Below, piece after piece: positions 1 through 9,971 of a stretch of 64,000 nt of DNA (its first letter is position 1; each line of letters begins with the position of its first letter). The stretch spans positions 3,488,001 through 3,552,000 of the forward strand of contig OY970399.1 of the NCBI GenBank assembly GCA_963720545.1, written 5' to 3'. The translations under genes and the position numbers were made by a program. The notes under the pieces are model-generated. The model was not told the DNA's origin and ran no database searches. It was given only the letters and a program-made list of their open reading frames with translations. The DNA is from an uncultured Acidobacteriota bacterium. GTDB lineage: Bacteria; Acidobacteriota; Vicinamibacteria; Fen-336.

Positions 1-294
1 CAGGCACTTCCATCCGTAGAGAAACGCGACCTGCGGGCCGAACGCGGCGCGCAGGTACACGTAGCCGCCGCCCGCGTGCGGCAGGCGGCTCGCGAGCTCA
101 CCGAGGCACAGCGCGCCGGCGAGCGCCATGAGCCCGAGCGCCAACCAGACCGCGAACAGCACGCCCGGCGCACCAGCGGCCCTGGCCATGGACGCCGGCG
201 TCAGGAAGATGCCGACGCCGATGGTTGCGCTCGCGACGAGCGCGGTGGCGCCAATCACACCGAATTGCGGCTGCAGGGAGGGGGGCTGTTCCAT
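1..294 (-). CDS. APC-family amino acid permease, N-terminal part (runs off window start)
   Basis: Manual translation MEQPPSLQPQFGVIGATALVASATIGVGIFLTP...LCLGELASRLPHAGGGYVYLRAAFG: IGxGIF and EL...P.AGG.Y.Y motifs. Confidence 0.88.
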   Translation of the reverse strand, partial: MEQPPSLQPQFGVIGATALVASATIGVGIFLTPASMARAAGAPGVLFAVWLALGLMALAGALCLGELASRLPHAGGGYVYLRAAFGPQVAFLYGWKCL

Positions 295-381
295 CGGAAT
301 GAATGAGTGTGACGATGATGACATCGTTTCACAGCGGTAGAAACAGGCGCCGACGGCCGTTTGATAACATCCTCGCCGCTG

Positions 382-1311
382 ATGCTGAAGAAGGCGGCGC
401 GTATCATCCTCGTCCTCCTTCTCGCTGTGTACGTCCTCGGCGCGTTCGCGTTCCTGCCCTGGTGGATGGGCGGCCAGTTCACCTCGGGCCGCTTCCGCTA
501 CAACGACAAGGAGAACGCCGGGCTGACGCCCGCGTCGTTCCAGCTGCCGTTTGAAGAGGTCGCCTTCCACAGCGGCGACGGCACCGCGCTCTCGGCATGG
601 TGGGTGCCGGCGGCGTCGGCGAAGGGCACCGTCATCCTGGTGCACGGCCTCAACCGTTCGCGCATCGAGATGGTGAAGAAGGCGCCGTTCGTCAACCGCA
701 GCGGCTGGAATGCGCTGCTCGTCGACCTGCGCCATCACGGCGAGAGCGGCGGCACCGTCTCCACGTTCGGCGCGCGCGAGAAGGACGACGTGCTCGCCGC
801 GGTCGCGTTCGCCCGCGCGAAGGACTCGCATCCCGTGGTCGTGTGGGGGGTGTCGCTCGGCGCCGCGGCCTCGGTGCTGGCGCTCGATGCCGACCCGACG
901 ATCGCGGGCCTCATCTGCGACAGCACCTACCGCAGCCTGCGCGACACCGTGCACCACCATCTCGGCCTCTTCCGGCGCTTCGCGTGGTTCCTGCGCATCG
1001 TGCCCACCTGGCCGGTCGCCGACGAGACGACCTATTGGCTCGGGCGGCGCGGCGGCTTCGATCCCGACAGCGTCGACATCGAGGCGGCCGTCGGCCGCGG
1101 CTTGCGCGGGCGGCCGGCGCTGTTCGTCGCGAACTCGCACGACCGCCGCATGCCGAAGGAGATCGCCGAAGACCTGGCGCGTGCCGCGGGGCCGAGCGCT
1201 TCGCTGTTGATCGTCGAGGGCGAGAGCCACGGCGGCGCGTGGCGCGACGGCACCGCCGCTTACGAAGCGGCGGCCGCCAAGGTGCTGCAGGCGGCGGCGC
1301 CGAACCCTTGA
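382..1311 (+). CDS. Alpha/beta hydrolase with N-terminal membrane anchor
   Basis: VHG oxyanion motif, DLRHHGES, GVSLG nucleophile elbow, C-terminal His (ESHG). Confidence 0.88.
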   Translation: MLKKAARIILVLLLAVYVLGAFAFLPWWMGGQFTSGRFRYNDKENAGLTPASFQLPFEEVAFHSGDGTALSAWWVPAASAKGTVILVHGLNRSRIEMVKKAPFVNRSGWNALLVDLRHHGESGGTVSTFGAREKDDVLAAVAFARAKDSHPVVVWGVSLGAAASVLALDADPTIAGLICDSTYRSLRDTVHHHLGLFRRFAWFLRIVPTWPVADETTYWLGRRGGFDPDSVDIEAAVGRGLRGRPALFVANSHDRRMPKEIAEDLARAAGPSASLLIVEGESHGGAWRDGTAAYEAAAAKVLQAAAPNP

Positions 1312-1324
1312 ACCGGAGGCAAGC

Positions 1325-1693
1325 TTGAGCGAAGCGAAAAAGCCCCACCACATCCCGTTCCCCGAGGACGATGGCTCTGCGGTACCGGCCGAACAGTCGA
1401 ATTCGTACACCATGGTCGACCCGCGCTTCCGCTCCATCTACTACCAGTTCTACAAGGAGACCTACAAGCCCTCGGTCATCGACCGCAAGACCAAGGAGCT
1501 GATCGCGATCTCCGCGAGCCTCGCCGCCAAGTGCCAGGGCTGCCTCGAGGGCCACATCAAGAAGGCGCTGAAGTTCGGCGCGAGCCGCGAGGAGATCTCG
1601 GAGACGATCGCGATCGCGATCGGCGTCAACGCCGCGGCCATCGTCGACCTCACCGACATCGCCGCCGACAACATGGACCTGAAGCTCTACTGA
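1325..1693 (+). CDS. Carboxymuconolactone decarboxylase / AhpD-like protein
   Basis: IDRKTKELIAI...CQGCLEGH..KA...GASREEI; GGAGG RBS before TTG. Confidence 0.85.
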   Translation: MSEAKKPHHIPFPEDDGSAVPAEQSNSYTMVDPRFRSIYYQFYKETYKPSVIDRKTKELIAISASLAAKCQGCLEGHIKKALKFGASREEISETIAIAIGVNAAAIVDLTDIAADNMDLKLY

Positions 1694-1744
1694 CGCGGCG
1701 CGCTGCGGCGCCGCGCCGGGAGCCCTCGGCTAGACTCGCGGCAG

Positions 1745-2320
1745 ATGGACCGCGACTACTTCGTCCACGAGTCGAGCTTCGTCGACGCACCCGCGGAGGT
1801 CGGCGCCGGCACCAGCATCTGGCATTTCTCGCACGTCATGGGCGGCGCCGTCATCGGCAGCGACTGCGTCATCGGCCAGAACGTGTTCATCGATGCCGGC
1901 GTGCGCATCGGCAACCACTGCAAGATCCAGAACAACGTCAGCCTGTACAACGGCGTCGAGCTGGAGGACAACGTCTTCTGCGGGCCGTCGATGGTGTTCA
2001 CCAACGTCATGAACCCGCGCAGCGAGATCGCGAGCAAGGACGCCTTGCTGAAAACCGTGATCCGCACCGGCGCCTCGATCGGTGCCAACGCCACCATCCT
2101 GTGCGGCAACACCGTCGGCGCCTATGCGTTCGTCGGCGCGGGCGCGGTGGTGACGCGCGACATTCCCGACTTCGCGCTGGTGTTCGGCAGCCCGGCGCGG
2201 ATCGCCGGCTGGATCTGCCGCTGCGGCGTCCGGCTGCGTGCGGTGGAGACGTCAGCCACCTGCACCGAGTGCCACGCGCGCTACGCGCTGCACCTCGGCG
2301 TGCTGAACGCCGAGAGCTAG
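1745..2320 (+). CDS. WbpD-like sugar N-acetyltransferase (hexapeptide repeat)
   Basis: IWHFSHVM, CKIQNNVSLY, FCGPSMVFTNVMNPRS, C-terminal CRCG...CTEC. Confidence 0.9.
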   Translation: MDRDYFVHESSFVDAPAEVGAGTSIWHFSHVMGGAVIGSDCVIGQNVFIDAGVRIGNHCKIQNNVSLYNGVELEDNVFCGPSMVFTNVMNPRSEIASKDALLKTVIRTGASIGANATILCGNTVGAYAFVGAGAVVTRDIPDFALVFGSPARIAGWICRCGVRLRAVETSATCTECHARYALHLGVLNAES

Positions 2321-3441
2321 GGGGCGATGAAGCCGCGCACTTCGGCGCAGACGTGGCGCACCGCGGCCTCGCCCATCTCGGCGTAGAGGGGCAGCGACAG
2401 CACCCGCCGCGACAGCTCCTCGGACACCGGCAGGTCGCCAGGCTTGCCGCCAGCGGCCGCCATCGCCGGCTGCAGGTGGATGGGGCGCGGGTAGTGCACG
2501 GCGCTTGCGATGCCTTGGGCCGCGAGATGCTGCTGCAGCGCGTCGCGCTTCTCGGCCTGGACGGTATAGAGGTGCCAGGCAGAGCGCGCGCCCGCGGCTT
2601 CCCGCGGCAGGACCAGGCCCGGAAGCCCGGCGAGCAGCTCGTCGTAGAGCGCCACCAGACGGCGGCGCTCGGCGTTCCAGGAGTCGAGCCGTCGCAGCTT
2701 CACGCGCAGCACCGCGGCCTGCAGGCTGTCGAGGCGGCTGTTGGTGCCGAGCACCAGGTTGTCGTAACGATTGGCGCCCCCGCCATGGTTCGCGATCTGG
2801 CGCGCGCTTTCGATGAACACGCGGTCGCTCGAGACGATGGCGCCGGCATCGCCGAAGGCGCCAAGGTTCTTGCCCGGATAGAAGCTGAAGCAGGCCGCGT
2901 GGCCCCACGCACCCGCGCGCTTGCCGTCCTGTGAGGCGCCGTGGGCCTGGGCCGCGTCCTCGAGCACTGGCAGGCCCTTGCGCGCGGCGATCTCGAGGAT
3001 GGGCGCCATCGGCGCCGGGTGGCCGTAGAGGTGCACCGGCACGATCACCTTCGCCTTCGGCCCGATCGCGCGCTCCAGCAGCGCAGGGTCCATGGTGCAG
3101 GTCAAGGCGTCGACGTCCACGAACACCGGCCGCGCCCCGTTGAGGAGGATGGCCTCGCCGGTGGCGATGAAGGTGTTCGCCACCGTCACCACTTCGTCGC
3201 CCGCGCCGACGCCATAGGCGCGCAGCGCGACGATCAGCGCATCCGTGCCGTTGGCGACGCCGGCGCAGTAGGAAGCGCCGCAGTAGGCGGCGAACTCGGC
3301 CTCGAAAGCGGCGCAGTCCTCGCCCTTTATGTAGTGCGCCGACTCGAGCACCCGCGAAACGGCCGCGTCCACCTCGCTGCGGATGGAGGCGTATTGCGCC
3401 CGCAGGTCGGCCATAGGGATGTGAGGCGTCACTGCGCTCAT
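2317..3441 (-). CDS. DegT/DnrJ/EryC1/StrS aminotransferase
   Basis: ANGTDAL, VHLYGH, EDAAQAHGA, SFYPGKNLGAFGDAG (PLP Lys), NSRLD. Confidence 0.95.
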   Translation of the reverse strand: MSAVTPHIPMADLRAQYASIRSEVDAAVSRVLESAHYIKGEDCAAFEAEFAAYCGASYCAGVANGTDALIVALRAYGVGAGDEVVTVANTFIATGEAILLNGARPVFVDVDALTCTMDPALLERAIGPKAKVIVPVHLYGHPAPMAPILEIAARKGLPVLEDAAQAHGASQDGKRAGAWGHAACFSFYPGKNLGAFGDAGAIVSSDRVFIESARQIANHGGGANRYDNLVLGTNSRLDSLQAAVLRVKLRRLDSWNAERRRLVALYDELLAGLPGLVLPREAAGARSAWHLYTVQAEKRDALQQHLAAQGIASAVHYPRPIHLQPAMAAAGGKPGDLPVSEELSRRVLSLPLYAEMGEAAVRHVCAEVRGFIAP

Positions 3442-3866
3442 GGCGCCGCTGGCGCGGGCGCCTTGGTTTCGAGCGCCGCCGCGAAGCGCGCGCGCAGCCA
3501 GTCGGGGATCGCCATCGCCTTGAAGGTCTTCATGTCCACGGTGACCGCGATGTTGCGCGCCTTGAACACCGGCCGGCCGCGCACCGAGCCCTCGTAGCGG
3601 ATCTGCACCGACGAGCGTCCGAGCTTCTCCACCACCACCGCCACGTCCACCGCGTCGCCGTATTTGACCGGCGCTATGAAGTCCATCTCCACCTTGACGG
3701 TGGGGAAGCCGATGCCCTCGCGATAAACCTCCGGGTACGGACGGCCGATGTGGCCGGTGAAGAAGTCCTCGAAAGACTCGTGCAGGAAGTTGACCAGGTT
3801 CGGGTAGTACGCGATGCCGGCGGCGTCGAGGTCGCCGAAGCGGACCAGGATCGAGGTCTGGAACAC
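3438..3866 (-). CDS. Hotdog-fold acyl-CoA thioesterase (4-hydroxybenzoyl-CoA thioesterase family)
   Basis: VRFGDLDAAGIAYYP motif; PVKYGD; LGRSS. Confidence 0.9.
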   Translation of the reverse strand: MFQTSILVRFGDLDAAGIAYYPNLVNFLHESFEDFFTGHIGRPYPEVYREGIGFPTVKVEMDFIAPVKYGDAVDVAVVVEKLGRSSVQIRYEGSVRGRPVFKARNIAVTVDMKTFKAMAIPDWLRARFAAALETKAPAPAAP

Positions 3867-3868
3867 CC

Positions 3869-4621
3869 CTACTTACTACCCCCTAAATGCTCCATGACGG
3901 TAACCGTGAGGGTCTCGGCCAGGGCGCGGAAGGCGGCCTCGCCGTCCTCGCGGCTCGCGGCGGTCGGGTCGCCGAAGTAGGCATCCTCGCCGCCCGCCTC
4001 GAGGAAGCTGGTGGCGCCGCGCTGCAGCGCCGGCATCAGGCCTTCCATCGGCGGCAGGCTGATGCGCTCGCGTTCGCGCACCGTGTCGGGCGCCACTGCA
4101 AGCATCAGCGACGACTCCCACGCGCCGGCGTGGTCGCCGAGCTGGAACACCGGCCCGAGCTTCTCGGCCCAGCGCTTCTTCTGCAGGTCGCAGTAGCCGA
4201 CCGAGGCACCCGCGGCCTTCGCCTCCTCGACCGCCTTCTTCAGGCACTCGACGTGCTTCGGGTCGAAATGGATGTTGACGAAGATCACCGCACGGTACTG
4301 CTTGCCCGCGGCCACCGCGAGGTCGCGCAGCAGCGCGGTCGCGGTTTCGGCAGGCAGGCTGAGCGTGCCGGCGAAATCGCGCGCAAAGTCGGCGACGGTG
4401 AACGAGACGCTCGGCAGGATCAGGCAGTTGACGCCGTTGGTCTTGAGCCGCAGCGCGCCGCGGCGCGCCATCTCCTGCGCGATCACGGTGTCGGTCGCGA
4501 TCGGCAGGTGCGGGCCATGCGCCTCGGTTGCGCCCACCGGTATCAGCGCCACAGGGCGCTCGGCGAGCGCGTCCTTCACCTCGGTCCACGTCATGTCGGC
4601 AACGACGATCTTTTCGGCCAT
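3869..4621 (-). CDS. Creatininase-family amidohydrolase
   Basis: PVGATEAHGPHLPIATD, NxH, DHAGxxESS metal-binding motifs. Confidence 0.9.
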   Translation of the reverse strand: MAEKIVVADMTWTEVKDALAERPVALIPVGATEAHGPHLPIATDTVIAQEMARRGALRLKTNGVNCLILPSVSFTVADFARDFAGTLSLPAETATALLRDLAVAAGKQYRAVIFVNIHFDPKHVECLKKAVEEAKAAGASVGYCDLQKKRWAEKLGPVFQLGDHAGAWESSLMLAVAPDTVRERERISLPPMEGLMPALQRGATSFLEAGGEDAYFGDPTAASREDGEAAFRALAETLTVTVMEHLGGSK

Positions 4622-4692
4622 GCCTCGGTTCTTCGTTCCTCTGGAAACGCTGATTCGTTCTTCTGATTTATCGGGATCGGCGGTGGGGCGCC

Positions 4693-6246
4693 CTAGCGCA
4701 GTTGCTTGCGGTCGATCTTTCCCCGGTCGTTCCTGGGCAGTGATGCCAGGAACTCCACGCGTCGCGGGAACTTGAAATGGGCGAGTCGGCTCTTCACGAA
4801 GTTCTGGAGCTCGGCGGCCTTGGCGTCCGTGCCTTCTCCACCACGGAGAACCACGAGCGCCTTCGGCTTGATGAGCTGATCAGCGTCTTTATACCCGATC
4901 ACGGCGCATTCCGCCACTTCGGGATGGGCCAGGAGGCAGTTCTCCACCTCGGCCGGGCTGACGAAGATGCCGCCCACCTTGAGCATCTCGTCGCTGCGCC
5001 CCTCGTACCAGTAATAACCGCCCGGGTCGCGGCGCATGTGGTCGCCCGTGACCGTCCACTTCCCCCTGAAAACCTCGTCCGACTTGTCCTTGGCCTGGAA
5101 GTAGCCGAGCGCCGCCGAGTCGCCGCTCACCCACAAGGTGCCGGCCTCGCCGTCCTTCAGGGGGCTGCCGTCGGGGGCCGCGATGCGCGCCTCGTACCCG
5201 GGCACCAGGCGGCCGAGGCTGCCCGGGACCACGTCGCCTGGATAGTTCGAGATGTAGATGTGGAACATTTCTGCCGAACCGATGCCGTCGAGGATCTCTA
5301 CGCCGAAGGTCTCCTTGAAGCGGCGGTACAGCTCTTCGGGCAGCGCTTCGCCGGCCGACAGGCAGAAGCGCAGCGAGCCCAGGTCGCGCTGCGGGCCGTC
5401 GGGGTGGTTGAGCATGCCGCCGATCATCGTCGGCACCGAGGTCAGGATGGTGGGGCGAAAGCGTTCGATCATGGCGAACAGCTTCCCGGGATCGCTCTTC
5501 TCCTTGAAGAGCGCGGTGGCGCCGCCCACCGCGAACGGGAACAGCAGGTTGGTGCCGGTCGCGTAGCCGAAGAAAAGCTTCGCCACCGACACCGTCAGGT
5601 CGTTCTCGCGGATCCCGAGCACCTGTTTCGCGTAGCGCTCGGTGTTCCACGGCAGGTCCTGCTGGCGGTGCACCGCTGCCTTGGGCTTGCCGGTGGAGCC
5701 GCTCGTGAACAGCCAGATCGCCGGGTCGTCGCGATGCGTCGGCGCGTTCTCGAAGCTCCCGGACTCGGCGCGCAGCAGCGCGTCGAAGCCGAGGTGGCGC
5801 CCCGGGTCGCCGCCGACGACCACCAGGTGCTCGAGGTGGGTGAAGCTGTCGCGCAGGGGCTCGAGTCGGTCGAGCACCGAGGCGTCGATCACCGCGACCC
5901 GCGCCCGGCTGTAGGCGAAGTAGTGCTCGTAGTCGGCGGCCGGCAGCAGCGGGTTGACCATGGCGATGACCCCGCCGGCCTTGGCGATCCCGAACCACGC
6001 GAAGGCGAACTCGGGCCGGTCGGGAAGCACCATCAGCACCCGGTCCTCGTGGCGCAGGCCGAGGCGCTTCAAGGCCGCGGCAAAACGGTTGGCGCGCTCC
6101 TGCACGTCGCGGTACGTGTAGCTCTGGTCCTCAAAGTAGAGGCAAGCCTTGTCGCCGCGCCCTTCCTCGACATTACGATCGAGGAAGTACCACGCCATGT
6201 TGAACCCCTCGGGAAACTCCATGGCCGCTGGCCGGAGCGTGTTCAC
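4693..6246 (-). CDS. Benzoate-CoA ligase family AMP-forming ligase
   Basis: FTSGSTGKPK, SVAKLFFGY, SAGEALP, ILDGIGSAEMFHIY, GRSDEMLKVGG. Confidence 0.9.
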   Translation of the reverse strand: MNTLRPAAMEFPEGFNMAWYFLDRNVEEGRGDKACLYFEDQSYTYRDVQERANRFAAALKRLGLRHEDRVLMVLPDRPEFAFAWFGIAKAGGVIAMVNPLLPAADYEHYFAYSRARVAVIDASVLDRLEPLRDSFTHLEHLVVVGGDPGRHLGFDALLRAESGSFENAPTHRDDPAIWLFTSGSTGKPKAAVHRQQDLPWNTERYAKQVLGIRENDLTVSVAKLFFGYATGTNLLFPFAVGGATALFKEKSDPGKLFAMIERFRPTILTSVPTMIGGMLNHPDGPQRDLGSLRFCLSAGEALPEELYRRFKETFGVEILDGIGSAEMFHIYISNYPGDVVPGSLGRLVPGYEARIAAPDGSPLKDGEAGTLWVSGDSAALGYFQAKDKSDEVFRGKWTVTGDHMRRDPGGYYWYEGRSDEMLKVGGIFVSPAEVENCLLAHPEVAECAVIGYKDADQLIKPKALVVLRGGEGTDAKAAELQNFVKSRLAHFKFPRRVEFLASLPRNDRGKIDRKQLR

Positions 6247-6257
6247 TTACGCCGCCA

Positions 6258-6303
6258 GTTTTCCCGAGCGAGTCCATCGCTTGCGCCGCTCGCGAGGGAC
6301 CTC
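6258..6303 (+). repeat. Intergenic hairpin repeat family A, copy 1
   Basis: GTTTTCCCGAG-N24-CGAGGGACCTC; same ends as 34606-34648 and reverse complement of 56174-56218. Confidence 0.7.
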
Positions 6304-6808
6304 ATTGCTTGCGTGCCTCATCCACATCCTCATCGTCATCCAGCCGCCGATAGAGCCCGTGATGGTGCAGCAGCGGGCGGCCGCCGTCTACGGTGACGTG
6401 CGCGACTTCGCCGACGAACACCGAATGGTCGCCGCTTGGATACTGGCCGACCACGCGGCACTCGATGTGGGCCACCGCTCCCGGCACCAGCGGACAGCCG
6501 AGCTGCCCGCGCGGCAGCCCGCGGGTCGCGATGCGCCCGGCGTCGCCGGCCTCGGCGAAGCGCCGCGACCATTCCTCCTGGCCTTCGGCAAGGATGCTGG
6601 CCGCGAACACTCCGGAATGTCCGAGCACGGCGGCCGCATCAGCTGCGTTGCCGACGCAGACGAGCACCAGCGGCGGCTCTAGGCTGACCGCCGCGAAGGC
6701 GCTGACCGTGAGGCCGGCGCCATCGCCCTCGGCATCTGCAGTGGTGACGACGGCGACTCCCGAGGCGAACTGGCCGAGGGCGTGGCGAAACGCCGCGGCG
6801 CCGACCAC
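6302..6808 (-). CDS. Flavin reductase (HpaC/RutF-like); start GTG 6808 or CTG 6838
   Basis: FRHALGQFASGVAVVTT, SAFAAVSLEPPLVLVCV, GDHSVFVGEV. Confidence 0.9.
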   Translation of the reverse strand: MVGAAAFRHALGQFASGVAVVTTADAEGDGAGLTVSAFAAVSLEPPLVLVCVGNAADAAAVLGHSGVFAASILAEGQEEWSRRFAEAGDAGRIATRGLPRGQLGCPLVPGAVAHIECRVVGQYPSGDHSVFVGEVAHVTVDGGRPLLHHHGLYRRLDDDEDVDEARKQ

Positions 6809-6834
6809 CGGCTTGCTGTCCGCGCCGCCTGGCT

Positions 6835-7857
6835 TCAGGCCTCGCCCCGGCCGCGGTAGAGCGCGAGCTGGCCCGACGCCATCCCCACGCGCAGCGCGAT
6901 CCTTGCGAACACCAGCAATTGCGCCAGGGCCAGTGCGACGAGCTGCGTCTTGTACCCGGTGACTTCCCATCGGTTGTCGATGACGCTCCAGAGCGCGAGC
7001 AACAGGCCGCCGCAGAGCAGGATCGCCCCGTAGTGTGACACGACCCGCACCAGCCGCGACACGCAGAAAGACCACGCGGAGGCCCACGCGAGCACCGCGC
7101 TCGAGCGCTCCTCGAGCACCGTGATGGCGCGTGCATAACCCGCCACCATGTGCACCAGCAGCACGAGGGCCAGCAGGACCGCATAGCGGCCGAACGACCA
7201 GGCGAGCGCGGTGCGTTCCGACACCGCTTCCCGCGCCATCGAGTCGGCGAAGCGGCCGAACGGCACGTTGAGCGCGAACAGCACCCAGTCGAGGGCGAGT
7301 GCTATGAGCGCGATGCGCGCGAAGCGGCCGAAGTAGAAGCCGGAGCCGTGGAAGAGAGACCGCATGGTCCAGTGCGAGCGCGGCCGGCGCAGCGACGCGT
7401 AGATGCCGCCGGCGAGGAACACCTGGAGCACCATGTAGGCGAGGCCGAGCGCGAGGATGCTGCCGTCGAGCGCGTCGTCGTCCTCGTCGTCGGCGCCGTC
7501 CTGCCCGCCGCGGAAATGCAGGAACCCCGCCGGCAGGTCGCCGCGCAGCAGGTGGTTGAGGTTCTTGAAGGCGAAGCCGCGCCCGAAGATCGCGGGCGTG
7601 AACGACTTCTCGGCGCCCCGCGCCTCTTGGTCCTTGAAATGGTCCCACCACGGGAAGTCGAACCCGTACATCATCGTCTCTCCCGAACCGCGGTTGCGGA
7701 ACGAGCTTTCGAGAGCGGTGGTGAGCGGCGCCGCCAGCATTGCCGCCATCGCGATATTGATGACGAGCAGCAGCGCCACCAGGCCCGGGTTGCGGCGCAC
7801 GGCGGCAATGCCTTCGGCGAGGGCATCCTTCGCGGTCAGTCCGTTTGGCATCTTCAT
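6835..7857 (-). CDS. Multi-pass membrane protein of unknown function
   Basis: ATG overlaps upstream M1 stop (ATGA); several hydrophobic helices. Confidence 0.75.
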   Translation of the reverse strand: MKMPNGLTAKDALAEGIAAVRRNPGLVALLLVINIAMAAMLAAPLTTALESSFRNRGSGETMMYGFDFPWWDHFKDQEARGAEKSFTPAIFGRGFAFKNLNHLLRGDLPAGFLHFRGGQDGADDEDDDALDGSILALGLAYMVLQVFLAGGIYASLRRPRSHWTMRSLFHGSGFYFGRFARIALIALALDWVLFALNVPFGRFADSMAREAVSERTALAWSFGRYAVLLALVLLVHMVAGYARAITVLEERSSAVLAWASAWSFCVSRLVRVVSHYGAILLCGGLLLALWSVIDNRWEVTGYKTQLVALALAQLLVFARIALRVGMASGQLALYRGRGEA

Positions 7858-9971
7858 CCCAGCACCACGTGCAATTCGAGCAGGTTCTGGAGCCACAGCA
7901 GGTACTTGGCGCCCCACTTGGTCGCCGCGCGGCGCGCCGTGCCCTTCTCTTCGATCCAGGTGTTGTTGGCGGGATCGACGTCGATCATGAGCTTGCGTTC
8001 GGGATCGATCACCGCACGCACCACCTTTGGTCCGCCGGGATAGCGGAACCGCGTCCAGCGGTCCTTGCCGTCCCAGTGCTCGAGCTTGCGCGAGCCATCG
8101 GCGAACTCGATGAGGACCCCGGCCGGCATGCGCACGTCGCCAAGCCGCTGCACGGTGACCTCGGCATCCCACGTCTTCGCCTTGTCGTCGCGCTTCGGCG
8201 GGATCGTCACCGTTGGTTCCGGCGCGCCGATGTCGGCAAATCCCTCGAGCTGGCGGCTGGCCGTGTTCTTCGCGCTCACCTTGTAGTCGAGCAGCGAGCT
8301 GCTGTACCAGGTCTCGGCGAAGTACCAGCTGTAGTCGGAGCCGGTGACCTCGTTGACCGTGGCGATGAAGTCGGCGGTGGTCGGGTGCTTGAAGCGCCAG
8401 CGCCGCGCGTAGGTGCGCAGGATGCGCGTCATGGTTTCGTCGCCCACCAGGTTTTCGAGCGTCTGCAGCGTGATCGCCGGCTTGCCGTAGGAGTTGAGCG
8501 TGTAGGCGCCGACCGTGCGGTAGTCCCACGAACGGCGCGCCATCACATCCACCTCGCCGTTGCGGCGCAGGTTGCCGATGTCGTTCTCGCCGCGGGCAAT
8601 GCGCACCCCCGGCGCCACCACGGCAATGCCGCTGCGCTGGCCGCGGCCCGGCACGTTGACACCGAAATAGCGGGTGCCCCAGCCTTCCGGACCGAGCGCG
8701 ATGCGCTGCGACTTCTCGTCGTGGTAGCTGTTGAAGCCCTCGTCGAGCCACGCTTCCTCGAACTCGTTGTTGCCAACGAGCCCGTACCAGAATTGATGGC
8801 CGGCTTCGTGCACGGTGACGCTCTCCGGACTCATGAGGGCCGGCGGTGCGAACAGGTAGGCGCCGCCGGTCAGCAGCGTCGGATACTCCATGCCGCCCGA
8901 CGCCGAGCGCCACGCCGGATCGATCACGGTGATGTTGGGGTAGGGGTACGGCGCGCCCCACGTGCCGTAACTGCGCAGCGCGATGCGCACCGACTCGAAG
9001 TAGCGCGCTTCGAGAAACGCGTGCTCGGGCTGCAGCAGCAGGCGCATGTCGACAGGCGGGTAGCCCGGATCGTCGAACTTCGCGTGCCGGTCGAGGTAGC
9101 GGCGGCTCGCGGTCCAGGCGAAGTCGTGGACGTCGGCCTGCTTGAAGCGCAGCGTCTGTGTGCCGTCCGCCGCATCCTTCTGTTCCTGCAGCGCGCCGGT
9201 GGCGCCGACCACGAAGCCCTGCGGCACCGTCAGGGTCACGTCGTAGACGCCGTAGTCGGCGAAGAACTCGCTGAATGGATGGAATTCGTGCGCGTTCCAG
9301 TCGCCCTTCCAGAAGACGCCGATCTTGGGGAACCACTGCACGATGAAGTTGTAGTCGTGCACCCAGCCGGCGCGGCCGACGTCGCCGTAGGGGACGCGCG
9401 AGTTCCATTCGATACGGAAGCGCGCCGCGGCACCCGGGGCGACAGGCGTAGGCGTGCGCAGCTCCATGACGGTGCGGTCCTCGGCCGGGCCGCCGTCTGG
9501 ATGGATATAGCGCAGCGTCGGCGTGAGGTCGGTTTCGCCCACGCCGTCCAGCAGCGCAGCCCTGGTAACGCGAGTGAACCCGTAGGCGCGGGTGCGTAGC
9601 TCGCCCGTGCCGTCGTTGCGCGGCGAGCGCCGGCCTTCGCCGCGCGCCGACGTCGAGAGGTTGTTGGCGAACGCGTTCCAATAGAGATGGAAAGGGAAGC
9701 GGTCGAGCGCGACGCCCGAAGTGTTGCGCCACTCGAGCACCAGGCTGCCGTCGATCGTGTGCTTGTCGGGATCGAGGCGCGCCGCGATGGTGTAGTTCGC
9801 GTTTCGTTCCGACTGTGTGGGCAGAGGCGGCAGCGCTGGATCGTTCGGGTCCGGCATCGGCGGCAGACCTTTGGCGGTCAGGTTCGCGCTGGAGGTTGGC
9901 GACGGCGCCAGCGCCGAGAACAAGGCAGCGGCGAGAAGCAGCATGCAGGCGGCGGCAGCGCGGCGATTCAC
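7854..9971 (-). CDS. Secreted M1-family zinc aminopeptidase
   Basis: GGMEYP, HEAGHQFW...WLDEG (HExxH-x18-E); signal-like N-terminus; GTG overlaps upstream stop. Confidence 0.92.
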   Translation of the reverse strand: MNRRAAAACMLLLAAALFSALAPSPTSSANLTAKGLPPMPDPNDPALPPLPTQSERNANYTIAARLDPDKHTIDGSLVLEWRNTSGVALDRFPFHLYWNAFANNLSTSARGEGRRSPRNDGTGELRTRAYGFTRVTRAALLDGVGETDLTPTLRYIHPDGGPAEDRTVMELRTPTPVAPGAAARFRIEWNSRVPYGDVGRAGWVHDYNFIVQWFPKIGVFWKGDWNAHEFHPFSEFFADYGVYDVTLTVPQGFVVGATGALQEQKDAADGTQTLRFKQADVHDFAWTASRRYLDRHAKFDDPGYPPVDMRLLLQPEHAFLEARYFESVRIALRSYGTWGAPYPYPNITVIDPAWRSASGGMEYPTLLTGGAYLFAPPALMSPESVTVHEAGHQFWYGLVGNNEFEEAWLDEGFNSYHDEKSQRIALGPEGWGTRYFGVNVPGRGQRSGIAVVAPGVRIARGENDIGNLRRNGEVDVMARRSWDYRTVGAYTLNSYGKPAITLQTLENLVGDETMTRILRTYARRWRFKHPTTADFIATVNEVTGSDYSWYFAETWYSSSLLDYKVSAKNTASRQLEGFADIGAPEPTVTIPPKRDDKAKTWDAEVTVQRLGDVRMPAGVLIEFADGSRKLEHWDGKDRWTRFRYPGGPKVVRAVIDPERKLMIDVDPANNTWIEEKGTARRAATKWGAKYLLWLQNLLELHVVLG

